From Candidatus Woesebacteria bacterium (lineage in GTDB: Bacteria; Patescibacteriota; Microgenomatia; UBA1400; UBA12028), in assembly GCA_040006915.1 (NCBI GenBank), contig JBDTWD010000002.1:158475-222474 (forward strand): a DNA stretch of 64,000 nucleotides. The letters run 5' to 3'. A program made the position numbers and the translations under genes. Each line of letters opens with the position of its first letter. The first letter of the stretch is position 1. The notes below the pieces were generated by a model, which was not told the DNA's origin, did not search any database, and saw nothing but the letters and a program-made list of their open reading frames with translations. This document shows, in pieces, positions 38,959 through 48,921 of this stretch.

Positions 38959-40311
38959 TTAGTAGTAAAAGATCAAACGTCGATTCAAGGCCCCCAGATA
39001 GTTCTCTTTCATCTGTGCTTCTGTATATTTTTGCAAGGTCCCTTCTGCTACACAAACAAACAGTGGATCCTTTGCAGGATCGTTTAAGACGATCCCATTT
39101 TGGACCTGGATTTGACTGCCAAAGCCTCCATGAAACTCCTCCACAAAAAAGCATCCAGCTTTGAAATCATCAAGCGTGTCATTTCTTCCTGTCGACCAGA
39201 TCTTTTTACTGATAATCCCGGCTTCATTCCAAATTTGTAATTGCCTTCCCTGAACCAAATTACCATGTGGAATTCCTACGGCACTGTCAGGAAGAGTTGA
39301 TTCCATGGCAACTCTGATTGCTTCTAAAGATGCATCTTTGGACAAGGGTAGTCCCGCTTCATGAAGTAACCAAGCAACCAAGTTACTTGGATCTATTTGT
39401 GCCTCAGGGATACTGTTCAGACGCAACATCGTATCGCGTAAGAAGACATCAGAATCCAGAAGACTTGAAAGCCGTCTTCCCAAAGACGCGAATCGAGATG
39501 AAATGTTTTTGATAGGAATTTTGTATTCTGGAAGAAGGGCCACGTATTTTGTATCAAATTGCTCTTCCGTAAACCGACAAATTGCGCTGATATTATTTTC
39601 TTCACCTTCAGTTGGAATATGGGCTTTCTTGAAAAGTTCATATGCCACTTCAATTACCCAACGCATATTTACCTCAAAATTATCGTATTTCCATTCCTGA
39701 CTGCGAAGGTTTTTAAAGGTTGCTTGGGTTGCGGTGTTACATACCATCACTCGCAGTGACCCTTTCCATTGCTCTTCAATAGCATTCCAGATAGACAAGG
39801 ATCCAACTTTCCCAAAATCCTCCACTGACTTCATGGCAACAAATCCATCTAAACCTTCTTGTTCAAGAAAGGCTGAGGTCGTACTCAAATAAAGTATTGG
39901 GTCAGAGTTCGTTTCCAGCAAGATTCCATTCTGGAAGCGATCCATTCGCTCTCGCATTTGAAGCAAAAAGAGTTCTCTTGCGGATGGTGCCCGCTTTATT
40001 CTGTCTAAACGAAGTTGATCCGTAATGACAATAAATTGACTGATAGCGATCGATGACTGCGCAAACCGAGTTGCGGCTCCTTCCAACACCGCAGGACTTT
40101 GACGATCATGATCATCAAAGTGGTCCCAATCTTGATTCAGTCTAAGGAGTTCATAGTTACTTTGATCAGGCGAATATAAATCCACATTCTGTCGCAAAAT
40201 TTGGATTGACTTGCGAGAATCACCCAACTCCACTCTCAGCAATGGCAAAAAGGCGATCAGAGATAAAAATTCTCGACGCGATAGAGTGTTTCTTTCTCGC
40301 TCATGTACCAT
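38959..40311 (-). CDS. Hypothetical exported protein (450 aa) with a twin-arginine-like signal.
   Basis: N-terminus has SRREFLSLIAFLPLL, i.e. S-R-R-x-F-L followed by a hydrophobic stretch. No recognisable catalytic motif. Confidence 0.5.
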   Translation of the reverse strand: MVHERERNTLSRREFLSLIAFLPLLRVELGDSRKSIQILRQNVDLYSPDQSNYELLRLNQDWDHFDDHDRQSPAVLEGAATRFAQSSIAISQFIVITDQLRLDRIKRAPSARELFLLQMRERMDRFQNGILLETNSDPILYLSTTSAFLEQEGLDGFVAMKSVEDFGKVGSLSIWNAIEEQWKGSLRVMVCNTATQATFKNLRSQEWKYDNFEVNMRWVIEVAYELFKKAHIPTEGEENNISAICRFTEEQFDTKYVALLPEYKIPIKNISSRFASLGRRLSSLLDSDVFLRDTMLRLNSIPEAQIDPSNLVAWLLHEAGLPLSKDASLEAIRVAMESTLPDSAVGIPHGNLVQGRQLQIWNEAGIISKKIWSTGRNDTLDDFKAGCFFVEEFHGGFGSQIQVQNGIVLNDPAKDPLFVCVAEGTLQKYTEAQMKENYLGALNRRLIFYY

Positions 40312-40374
40312 AGAAATCCCTTTTCCTTCTGTATACTTCTATCATAGACGCGCTATACTAAATCTGTACAGACT

Positions 40375-40845
40375 ATGGAGAACACAACTCCCCCACCGAC
40401 ACATGTCGCCCCAACTCCCCCACCGACACATGTCGCCCCAACTCCCGGAAAAAGAATCCTTATCATCGATGATGATCGGTATAATCGCGATTTCTATCAA
40501 GAACTCCTTCAAGATGCTGGATATAGCGTGGATACGGTTGAAAACGGTCAACAAGGGATAGAAAAAATGGAAAGTACCGATCACTATGATCTCGTACTCC
40601 TTGATATCGTCATGCCTGTCAAAGATGGCATGGAAACCCTCACCTTTTTGGACGGACGTAAAGATATAAAAGCCAAACATGGACCGATCTATATGCTCTC
40701 TGCTTTAGGTCAGGAATCGGTATTAGAAAATGCCAAAAAATTAGGGAGTACTGGATACATCGTCAAAACCGACGTTACCCCAGAGGCATTCCAACGCAAG
40801 GTCGAAGAAATTCTGAAGACCCCATTCACTCCCCCCTCTGTTTGA
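40375..40845 (+). CDS. Stand-alone response-regulator receiver domain (CheY-like) with a Pro/Thr-rich N-terminal extension.
   Basis: KRILIIDDD...DLVLLDIVMPVKDGMETL...YMLSALG...GSTGYIVK is a canonical REC fold with phospho-acceptor Asp. No output domain. Confidence 0.8.
   Translation: MENTTPPPTHVAPTPPPTHVAPTPGKRILIIDDDRYNRDFYQELLQDAGYSVDTVENGQQGIEKMESTDHYDLVLLDIVMPVKDGMETLTFLDGRKDIKAKHGPIYMLSALGQESVLENAKKLGSTGYIVKTDVTPEAFQRKVEEILKTPFTPPSV
40388..40441 (+). repeat. Perfect 27-bp tandem direct duplication (cccccaccgacacatgtcgccccaact x2), in frame within the receiver-domain gene. It encodes PPPTHVAPT twice.
   Basis: Read directly from the sequence at 40381-40450; the two copies are identical. 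Confidence 0.9.
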
Positions 40846-40872
40846 TCTAGAATGAATTGAAAGTAGTACTCT

Positions 40873-41277
40873 ATGCAATTTGTCCATAATATTCCGACTC
40901 TTATTGCCCGTCGGATGCGTATGTATCACGCTTGGGGAAAATCTATCGCTATCGACCTCTATGATTGCCCACCAGAAATGGTGAATGATCCTAAATTGCT
41001 TAAAAGTTTTATCAAAGATCTGCTAGTCCAAATCAAAATGAAACCACACGGACCTACATATATTGATCGCTTCGGAGATCCAGAGCTTCATCTAGAAGGA
41101 TATTCGGCCATGCAGTTTATCGAAACCTCTACAGTCACCGTGCATTTGGATGAAGTTGATAATCGTGCATTTATAGACATCTTCTCCTGTCAGGATTTTG
41201 ATACTGATTCCACCTCTCAGTTTTGCAAAAACTACTTCAGAGCTAATGAGATGAAAATTGTCCCTCTTCAACGGTAA
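40873..41277 (+). CDS. Pyruvoyl-dependent S-adenosylmethionine decarboxylase-like proenzyme (SpeH / AdoMetDC small type).
   Basis: Matches the spacing of bacterial SpeH: GKSIAIDLYDC (G.HL..E.Y.C), LEGYSAMQFIETSTVTVHLDEV (cf. [20 protein letters not shown]), FIDIFSCQDFD (cf. IDLFTCG). Size 134 aa. Confidence 0.55.
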   Translation: MQFVHNIPTLIARRMRMYHAWGKSIAIDLYDCPPEMVNDPKLLKSFIKDLLVQIKMKPHGPTYIDRFGDPELHLEGYSAMQFIETSTVTVHLDEVDNRAFIDIFSCQDFDTDSTSQFCKNYFRANEMKIVPLQR

Positions 41278-42161
41278 AGAAAATAAAGCCCTATTGCCAT
41301 AGACACAAATGCTAGGCCCTTTTGTATTAATGTCTTCATGGAAAGATCTTCATGAAAAAATTTGGGAGCAATGAAACTCAAAACTCCACTATAGAGCAGA
41401 ACAAATACTGGTTGGATTCCTGAAAGTACACTCACAATCGATACTGATCCTAACGAGAGAGCGATCAAGAGTAAGAAACGATAAATAACATAGAAAATCT
41501 CAGATGTGGCAAGCGCTCCCCAGCCAGCGACTGGCATCTTTTTGGCAAATTGTACTGAAGTTTTAGCGTACCCAGGGAGGAAGAAAAGCAGCAGTGTTCC
41601 AACTCCGATTCCTAGACTTTCAACAGCAATTGTTTGCATCACATTATTTTCATCCACTGCTCCTTTAAACAAAATGGTTGAAGCCGCAAACAGTACAGAT
41701 GATAGCATCATCAACCAAAAAGTTTTTCGTAGTGCAAAGGTTCCCTTCTTTGTGACACTAATAAAAATGCCTCCAAATAAAATGAAGAAAAATCCAACGA
41801 TCTGTCCGACCCCTAGTGTTTCATGCAAAAAGATCCATGACAGAATCAGCGAGAAAATCGGAATGACTTGAAATAACGGAATAACCCGAGAAGGCTCATC
41901 TTTTTCTAGAGCCTGAAAATATGGAATCAAATAGAACTGTAATAGCATTCCTGCAGCAATCACCCGAATAAGTTGAAATAATGAATAGTGTGGAATTCCC
42001 ACAAAAGGGATCATTAGCAATCCAACGATGGCCGCCACTGATCCTGTAAACAGCACAATGACCGATGAGTCCTTAATGTATCTATCAACCAGAAGTTTGT
42101 CCGTGATATTCGCAACAGCTACAGTTGCATACGAGAGTAGTGCATAAAAAATCCAAGTCAT
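41268..42161 (-). CDS. EamA/DMT-superfamily transporter (10 TM).
   Basis: Two tandem halves of five TM helices in a ~297-aa polytopic protein, typical of EamA. Confidence 0.55.
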   Translation of the reverse strand: MTWIFYALLSYATVAVANITDKLLVDRYIKDSSVIVLFTGSVAAIVGLLMIPFVGIPHYSLFQLIRVIAAGMLLQFYLIPYFQALEKDEPSRVIPLFQVIPIFSLILSWIFLHETLGVGQIVGFFFILFGGIFISVTKKGTFALRKTFWLMMLSSVLFAASTILFKGAVDENNVMQTIAVESLGIGVGTLLLFFLPGYAKTSVQFAKKMPVAGWGALATSEIFYVIYRFLLLIALSLGSVSIVSVLSGIQPVFVLLYSGVLSFIAPKFFHEDLSMKTLIQKGLAFVSMAIGLYFLYR

Positions 42162-42170
42162 ATTCCATCT

Positions 42171-43070
42171 TTATCCTTTCAGTGAAATTGTGTATTTTTT
42201 AAGAAATGTTGGATCGTATGCACTTTTAGCTTGTCGTAAACCAAGCATTCCGGCATCCTGCTCGATATTCATATATTTTATTCCCTTACCTAAAAGATAT
42301 TTTGCTGCCTCTTGATTCATATACTCATAGACGCCAGCACAAGCTCGATCACCACGTTGGAATGAGCAAATCGAATATTCGGAATTGATAATCTCAAACA
42401 CCAAATAACCAATTATTTTCTCTTTTTCTGTGACTGTTAACAATTCGAGATTAAAACGATCAAGGTTTAGTTCCATCCGCTCTTCGGCTCGGGTTTCAAG
42501 CGTATTCAAAACAGATTTTTGCCCTGACCATAAACTTAGCAAATCCCGTAGTTCTTGCAGTTGTTCTTTCTTTTTCAAAGCTATGACGGAGACACGGGCA
42601 ACATGTTCGCTTAAAAAGCGATTAAGTGTTTTCCTCTTCGTGTAGAGTGAAGAATCTTCAAAAGTACACAATTTCTCTACTGAGAGAACATAGTCAAAGC
42701 TGTCTCGATCTTCTTTGACATCAAAACGTTCTTGAACATTTCCAAGGATTTTTTCGATACATTCAGCAGGAATAAGTCGTAACGAATTCGTATTTGCATG
42801 CTTATGTGTGAAATCTAGAAGGTTTTGAATAGTTTTTTCGACATTATTTTCCCCAATAAAAGATAAGAACGGTTCATTTGTTTCATAATCATGAAAAAGA
42901 ACTACAAGATTACCTTCGAGCACGCTAATACGCGTACAACTATCTATATTCCATGTCCATAAACTAAAAAAATAATAGTCGGAATACGGAGAGAAAACAG
43001 AAGTGAGTCGTTCAATTTCTTGCTTATCCGAAAGTTCAAGTAATTTAGTGTTTGGAAATAATGGAAGCAT
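42171..43070 (-). CDS. Hypothetical protein, possibly a GNAT-fold DUF2156 / MprF C-terminal-like acyltransferase.
   Basis: The length of 299 aa and the N-terminal pattern (L..L...D...I..L......Y.D..F.SLWTWN) resemble DUF2156 proteins. Weak. Confidence 0.3.
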   Translation of the reverse strand: MLPLFPNTKLLELSDKQEIERLTSVFSPYSDYYFFSLWTWNIDSCTRISVLEGNLVVLFHDYETNEPFLSFIGENNVEKTIQNLLDFTHKHANTNSLRLIPAECIEKILGNVQERFDVKEDRDSFDYVLSVEKLCTFEDSSLYTKRKTLNRFLSEHVARVSVIALKKKEQLQELRDLLSLWSGQKSVLNTLETRAEERMELNLDRFNLELLTVTEKEKIIGYLVFEIINSEYSICSFQRGDRACAGVYEYMNQEAAKYLLGKGIKYMNIEQDAGMLGLRQAKSAYDPTFLKKYTISLKG

Positions 43071-43129
43071 GGAATGTCGATGAAGGCCTTGACTTTATTC
43101 TCGATATACTACTATTGTAGTGTATACAG

Positions 43130-43948
43130 ATGCAAAATAAAAAAATTGGTTTATTTGATACCGCCTTCATTGTCTCTACTATACTGTTTTTAGGTCTTAC
43201 AGGCTATTGGTTATTTATTTTCCTAACGGGCTCAACAAGTGGAGCCCTAAACGACAACTTTGGATTCCTCTATGGAGGGTTATCTGTGTGGGCAGGAATT
43301 TGGGGTTTGGTGACTGCTTATCAATGGGGAGGATTAAAAAGCTTAATGGGAAAAGCATTAATCTTTCTTTCAGTTGGATTACTCTTTCAAGGATTTGGAC
43401 AATATTCTTTCTGGTTTTTCAACGTTTTCTTGCATGTCGAAATTCCGTATCCTGGAGTGCCTGATATCGGATATTTCGGAAGCATCCCTTTCTATATAAT
43501 TGCTGCTTATCAGCTATTTCGGGTTTCTGGAACAAAGTTTACTTTACGTGCTAACTCTGGAAAGATAAGAGCCATTCTAGTACCACTTTTGATGCTTGGT
43601 CTTGGATATACACTTTTCTTGCGAGGATATACGTTCGATTGGTCTGATCCTCTAAAAATTTTCTTAGATTTTGGATACCCGTTAGGCCAAGCTGTCTATA
43701 TTTCTTTTGCCATAATTACTTATACACTCTCTAGAAAGCTTCTCGGTGGAAAGATGAGAATGCCTTTCCTTATTTTGATAGCAGCGTTCATAGCGCAGTT
43801 TGTCGCAGACTATAGCTTTCTCTACTTTCAGGAAACCTTCTTCGCGGGAAGTTTTATTGACTATATATATTTATTGTCCTATGCACTTATGACCCTAGGA
43901 ATTCTGTATTTCCGTTACGTTGCTAAACAGATTAAACACTCATCATGA
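43130..43948 (+). CDS. Polytopic membrane protein (about 8 TM), unknown function.
   Basis: Hydrophobic helices throughout, Trp/Tyr/Phe-rich. Divergently oriented from the upstream gene. Confidence 0.5.
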   Translation: MQNKKIGLFDTAFIVSTILFLGLTGYWLFIFLTGSTSGALNDNFGFLYGGLSVWAGIWGLVTAYQWGGLKSLMGKALIFLSVGLLFQGFGQYSFWFFNVFLHVEIPYPGVPDIGYFGSIPFYIIAAYQLFRVSGTKFTLRANSGKIRAILVPLLMLGLGYTLFLRGYTFDWSDPLKIFLDFGYPLGQAVYISFAIITYTLSRKLLGGKMRMPFLILIAAFIAQFVADYSFLYFQETFFAGSFIDYIYLLSYALMTLGILYFRYVAKQIKHSS

Positions 43949-43964
43949 GAAATAGAACTTAATT

Positions 43965-44255
43965 ATGTTAAGTGTACAGATCGCCAGCAAAGTGGCTCAA
44001 GCGATCGTCAATCATCAACGAGATATCATCGGGCCTTTGGCTTTTGAACAAGCAGGTAAGGTTCCAGGAATTGTTGTTTCCCAAAGCACTGTCTCTCTTC
44101 AAGAGTCACTTCCTGATCCCGCTAATACTCTTGTTGGTCTTGTCCATAAATATGAAGAGCTGTTTGGTCAAACTTCTGTAGAAGTATGCAAAGATGCTGT
44201 CAAAGAACTAGGCTCCGCAATTTCTTCCAAAGACCTCCCCGCCATCTTGCAGTAG
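43965..44255 (+). CDS. Small hypothetical protein (96 aa) immediately upstream of the histidine kinase.
   Basis: ORF with a 32-nt gap to the HK start; no motif. Confidence 0.4.
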   Translation: MLSVQIASKVAQAIVNHQRDIIGPLAFEQAGKVPGIVVSQSTVSLQESLPDPANTLVGLVHKYEELFGQTSVEVCKDAVKELGSAISSKDLPAILQ

Positions 44256-44287
44256 TTTTCTCTTGAGAGTTTCGTTAGTATAGATCC

Positions 44288-45634
44288 ATGTCCGATACGC
44301 CTTTACCGACCGTTAGCGAAGCATCTGATATCGCCAAACAGCTCTACGAACAGAATTTTCAGCTTGCTGTTCATAACAAAACCTTAGGAATCCTTTCCAA
44401 ACTCTACGAAATCACAATGAGTTCTTTGGATGTACACGAGGTTTGTCAAAAGATTGTCGATACTTTAGTAACAGAACTGGCGTTTCAAGCCGCTATCCTT
44501 AACGTGGTTGATTCTGAGAAAAACCAGTTTTGTCCCTTTGCCATTACCCGCACCCAACCAGTTATTGATTCGTTGCAGTTACTCGGTAAATCATTGGAAG
44601 AGATTTGTCTGCCATTAGGGTCTGATGAGAACATCGTTTCCATTGCTATGCGGGATAATGAACGCAAGATTACCGGAAATATGTTAGATATTCTTTTTCC
44701 GTTAGCCGATCAAACAACTGCGGATCAAATTGAAAACCTGACCGGAGTGAAAACCTTGATTGTCTACCCTGTTACGTTAGGAACAAAAATGATCGGCAGT
44801 CTTGTAGTGGGTCTTGGGAAAAAAGCTGAAGATCTTTCCAAAGCAGAAAAGGAAACGTTAGAGGAAGTGATTGATTTGATTGCGATCGCGATTGAACGAG
44901 CGCAACTCCATGAAAGTGTTGAGAAAGCCAATGAAGAACTCAAAGCGCTAGACAAACTCAAAGACGAATTTCTTTCCATGGCAAGCCATGAACTCAAAAG
45001 TCCAATGAATGCCGTCAAAAACTATCTCTGGATGGCTTTAAACAAGGGTTTGGATGACAGAGAAAAACAAAAAGGATATTTGACTGTGGCATACGATTCA
45101 ACGCAGAGATTAATTGGTCTCGTTAATGATCTGTTGGATGTGTCTAGAATTGAAAGTGGACGAGTGAAACTTGAGATGGTGTCGCTGGATTTACAAAAAC
45201 TGATTAATGAAACCTTGGAGATCTATGCCCCACAGGCAAAAGCCAAGAATCTAGCCCTTTCCACTACACTACAAGAGCCGATCCAAATTACTGCAGATGA
45301 TATGAAACTGCGCGAGGTGTTAAACAATTTGGTTTCCAATGCGATCAAATATACTTTAACGGGAACAGTGATTGTTTCCGTGAAAGTTGAAGACAAGACC
45401 ATACGAGTAAGTGTTACCGACTCAGGTGCCGGAATCTCTGCAGATGACCAACAAAAACTCTTTCAAAAATTTTCTCGCGTGAATGCCTCGTACAAAGGGC
45501 TTGCTACTGTCGAAGGTACTGGCCTTGGACTCTACATTAGCAAACAGTTCATGGAGATGATGGGCGGAAATATCGGCCTTGATTCGGAAGTCGACAAAGG
45601 TACTACTTTTTGGGTTGAGTTACCAAAGAGTTAG
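44288..45634 (+). CDS. Cytoplasmic sensor histidine kinase (GAF-like N-terminal domain, HisKA, HATPase_c).
   Basis: H-box LSMASHELKSPMNAV, N-box NLVSNAIKYT, G1 VTDSGAGIS, G2 GTGLGLYISKQFMEMMGG. No TM segments. Confidence 0.85.
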   Translation: MSDTPLPTVSEASDIAKQLYEQNFQLAVHNKTLGILSKLYEITMSSLDVHEVCQKIVDTLVTELAFQAAILNVVDSEKNQFCPFAITRTQPVIDSLQLLGKSLEEICLPLGSDENIVSIAMRDNERKITGNMLDILFPLADQTTADQIENLTGVKTLIVYPVTLGTKMIGSLVVGLGKKAEDLSKAEKETLEEVIDLIAIAIERAQLHESVEKANEELKALDKLKDEFLSMASHELKSPMNAVKNYLWMALNKGLDDREKQKGYLTVAYDSTQRLIGLVNDLLDVSRIESGRVKLEMVSLDLQKLINETLEIYAPQAKAKNLALSTTLQEPIQITADDMKLREVLNNLVSNAIKYTLTGTVIVSVKVEDKTIRVSVTDSGAGISADDQQKLFQKFSRVNASYKGLATVEGTGLGLYISKQFMEMMGGNIGLDSEVDKGTTFWVELPKS

Positions 45635-45987
45635 AATAAAACGCCTTCTTTCTCTTCAATACTCACAAATCCATGTGTGACTAAGAGCACTGGTAGTTGA
45701 GGCATTGATTCGATAGTCAGTCCAGTTTCCTCTTCAAGGATTCCCCATAATCCGACAATCTCATGTTTATCGTCGCCATAGATCAGTCTGCGCATCTCAT
45801 TTTCTTCAGTATCTAGGAAAAAACTCAAAGTGCAGAGAGTGCATACTCCTAGATCAAACATGGCATAAATAATTGCCCGCTGCTCTTCTGAAAAAAAATC
45901 TGGCTCGTTTATCTTGATTCTATGTGTCGCTGTGTCTGTAAACCTAAATATATCTGGAACTCTTTCTTCTTTTGTTTTTCCGGCCAT
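45631..45987 (-). CDS. Hypothetical protein (118 aa).
   Basis: ORF convergent with and overlapping the HK stop by 4 nt; no motif. Confidence 0.4.
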   Translation of the reverse strand: MAGKTKEERVPDIFRFTDTATHRIKINEPDFFSEEQRAIIYAMFDLGVCTLCTLSFFLDTEENEMRRLIYGDDKHEIVGLWGILEEETGLTIESMPQLPVLLVTHGFVSIEEKEGVLF

Positions 45988-46049
45988 AAGATCCTCCTTT
46001 TATAGGAGCTTATAACATTCCCAAATGAAGAAAACAAGAGAAAGGAAAA

Positions 46050-47192
46050 TTATTTCAAATAGTTGCCTGGGTTTTGGGCAACACCACCTAAACGTACTTC
46101 GAAGTGACAGTGGGTTCCGGTGGAACGGCCAGTACTACCCATCTGCCCGATCACATCGCCACGTTTGACAGTTTGTCCAACTTGCACAGCAATGACGCTC
46201 ATATGTGCATACAACGTCACATATCCGTTTCCGTGGTCAATCATCACTCGGTTTCCATAGCCTGAGTTATCGACCCAGCCCGCGACAATCACTTTTCCAC
46301 TGTCAGCCGCCAGAATTGAGCCTCCAGCTCGATTAGCGATATCGAAAGCCCGATGGAAAGAGCTAAAGCCTTGGGTAATGATTCCTGAAGCAGGCCAAAT
46401 AAATTGGCCTGTAGCACTGACTGCTCCAGCGTTGGGAGTAAGTCTACGAGCGACTGCTGTGGTTCCCGCATTGTCTGGTTGGGGTAATACTCCGTCAGGG
46501 ACGACCAGGTACTGACCAACCTGCAATCCAAATTCATCATTGGTAAAGGTGTTAAAAGGATAGTCGACGATTGGCTGGGCTCCCGAGCCACAGTCATCAC
46601 CTTTATCAATTAATCCATAGGTACGAGCCACACTACAAATGGTGTCACCTTTTTTCACTTTATGTAAAACTCCATCAATTGGAAGAATTTTTAGTTTTTG
46701 CCCTGGTTTGATAGCATCCTTTTCCGAGATGTTATTAAGCCACGCAATGGTACTCGTCTTCTTTAAGCCATATTTATCAGCAATACTCTTTAAGGTTTCT
46801 CCGCTCTCGACTGTATGCTCGTATACTTCTCCCCCACGGTAGCGAGACACGTCATCTCCTTGAATGGTTTGAAAACCACCAGTGTCCACTTCTTGACCAG
46901 AGGCAGTCAACAACACTCCAGATGGTAACGTATCGGCGACTGTTCCTTCCGCAGCTTGGCTACGGACGATTGACGGACCAACAGTGATACCAAAAAATAG
47001 GGTCACAAACAAAAACAAATGGAGAACTGGTCTGGCATACTTGCCACGCTTACGATACAGCAGATCGACAATCCAGTCTTTAACGGTTTCAAATCGCGAA
47101 AAGAGTGCATAGGAACGCATCTTTAAATACAGACGCAGGAAGTCGTTAAAGGCGCGCAATGCAGACGCTAGTGACTGGGTATCAGAAGTCAT
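46050..47192 (-). CDS. Membrane-anchored LysM-domain M23 (LytM-type) peptidoglycan endopeptidase.
   Basis: N-terminal TM. LysM-like YEHTVESGETLKSIADKYGL and KVKKGDTICSVARTYGL. M23 motifs HGNGYVTLYAHMS and GSTGRSTGTHCHFEV. Confidence 0.8.
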   Translation of the reverse strand: MTSDTQSLASALRAFNDFLRLYLKMRSYALFSRFETVKDWIVDLLYRKRGKYARPVLHLFLFVTLFFGITVGPSIVRSQAAEGTVADTLPSGVLLTASGQEVDTGGFQTIQGDDVSRYRGGEVYEHTVESGETLKSIADKYGLKKTSTIAWLNNISEKDAIKPGQKLKILPIDGVLHKVKKGDTICSVARTYGLIDKGDDCGSGAQPIVDYPFNTFTNDEFGLQVGQYLVVPDGVLPQPDNAGTTAVARRLTPNAGAVSATGQFIWPASGIITQGFSSFHRAFDIANRAGGSILAADSGKVIVAGWVDNSGYGNRVMIDHGNGYVTLYAHMSVIAVQVGQTVKRGDVIGQMGSTGRSTGTHCHFEVRLGGVAQNPGNYLK

Positions 47193-47220
47193 TGAATGTC
47201 CTATTGTACCCTACCCAAAA

Positions 47221-48741
47221 TTATCCTTCCTTGAGGGAAGCCAAGAACTCTTTATTACTTTTTGTCTTTTTTAACTTGTCCAAGAGGATCATGGTGCGCT
47301 CATCTTTACCTAACAGGTCAATCATGCGGCGCATGGTAATCACACTCTGGTAGTCAGTTTGGGAAAACAGTAGATCTTCATTTCTGGTTCCAGACTTTTG
47401 GATATCGATCGCTGGATAGACTCGACGCTCAGTCAAGCTTCGATCCAAGATTAGTTCCATGTTTCCAGTTCCCTTGAATTCTTCGTAGACGAGATCATCC
47501 ATACGAGATCCCGTATCAACAAGAGCGGTTCCAAGAATCGTCAAACTTCCATTTTTCTTGCCTTGTGGAGTATCAAATTCCTCAAAACTACGAGCAGCAC
47601 CAAAGAACTTCTTTGGTGGATGCAAAGCTGCAGGATCAAATCCTCCGGAGAGGGTTCGACCTGAAGTAGGGATAGCTAAGTTATATGCACGAGCAAGTCT
47701 AGTAATCGAGTCAAGCAAAATAACCACATCATGTCCTAGCTCAACCAAGCGTTTCGCACGTTCGATGGCAATTTCACTGACGCTGACCTGCACTTCTGGT
47801 AATTCATCAAAGTTACTGGCAGCTACTTCTCCTTTGCCTCCAGTAATTTTTTCAATATGACGACGAATATCCGTGACTTCTTCTGGACGCTCACCGATCA
47901 AGACGGCCATCAAATGAATTTCTGGGTAATTGGTGGCAACTCCAGTAGCAATTTCCTTCATGATGGTCGTTTTTCCAGCCTTCGGCGGAGAAACGATCAT
48001 TCCACGTTGTCCTTTTCCGATTGGAGCAACCAAATCAATTAATCGAGTTGAGAGTGGCTCCATGCCACTTTCGAGTCTTAAGTGTTCCTTTGGATAGACC
48101 GGAGTTAAGTTGTGGAACTTCACTCGAGGTCCAACTTCAGTCGCGATCATGCCGTTTACTTTTTCGACCTTCAAAAGTCCCCAGTAGCGTTCGTTTTCCT
48201 TGGGAGCGCGAGCTGGACCTTCGATCATGTCACCAGGACGCAATCCAAAGCGACGAATCTGTGAGGTAGAAATGTAGGCATCTCGATCTGAGGGAGAAAA
48301 ATTACTGCGAAGTACGCCGTGACCATCAGTACTGGTGTCCAAGACTCCACTGATCATTTCACTTTGCACTCCGGCATCGGGAAGCATTCGCCCATCAACT
48401 TCTCCACCAAACTCAATTGCTCGAGTTGGATCAATGTATCGGTTGGGATTGTATTCTCCACCCAAGTTCTCTCCGACTTCGTCACTGTATTCTTGTGAAC
48501 GACCACGACTATTATCTCGACTGTTATATCGGGCTCCTCCTCTGCTATTTCCATTGGAAGCTCCTCGGTAGTTTCCTCGAGCTGGCATTTGTTGATCGTC
48601 ACTGTATGGACGGGCAACAGCTCGCCTGACTGGGGCTCGTCTTGCGGGAGCATCAGCTTTTAGAGGTTCTGGGGCCGGAACTGCTTTCGGGGTGCCGATG
48701 ATTTCATCGAGATTTGGGGTACTTTGTGTGTCGTCGCTCAT
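47221..48741 (-). CDS. rho: Transcription termination factor Rho with an Arg/Asn/Ser/Gly-rich N-terminal insertion.
   Basis: Walker A GKGQRGMIVSPPKAGKTT, the Q and R loops, and the C-terminal RNA-binding/ATPase organisation. A ~150-aa low-complexity N-terminal extension precedes the cold-shock-like domain. Confidence 0.9.
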   Translation of the reverse strand: MSDDTQSTPNLDEIIGTPKAVPAPEPLKADAPARRAPVRRAVARPYSDDQQMPARGNYRGASNGNSRGGARYNSRDNSRGRSQEYSDEVGENLGGEYNPNRYIDPTRAIEFGGEVDGRMLPDAGVQSEMISGVLDTSTDGHGVLRSNFSPSDRDAYISTSQIRRFGLRPGDMIEGPARAPKENERYWGLLKVEKVNGMIATEVGPRVKFHNLTPVYPKEHLRLESGMEPLSTRLIDLVAPIGKGQRGMIVSPPKAGKTTIMKEIATGVATNYPEIHLMAVLIGERPEEVTDIRRHIEKITGGKGEVAASNFDELPEVQVSVSEIAIERAKRLVELGHDVVILLDSITRLARAYNLAIPTSGRTLSGGFDPAALHPPKKFFGAARSFEEFDTPQGKKNGSLTILGTALVDTGSRMDDLVYEEFKGTGNMELILDRSLTERRVYPAIDIQKSGTRNEDLLFSQTDYQSVITMRRMIDLLGKDERTMILLDKLKKTKSNKEFLASLKEG

Positions 48742-48921
48742 ATTGGCGAACTCCTTTTATGTATTTTCTTGAGGAAAATCCTCAGAAGTATGATATGTAA
48801 CCTGCACTGATCTTTGGGTAATTCTTTTTTCTTGCCCCACTCGGGACAAGAACCAAACGAAGATTAGGGTTATTATGGCGTACAGGACAGGTTTTGTCAA
48901 ATACTGTAGCGCCTTAAGATG

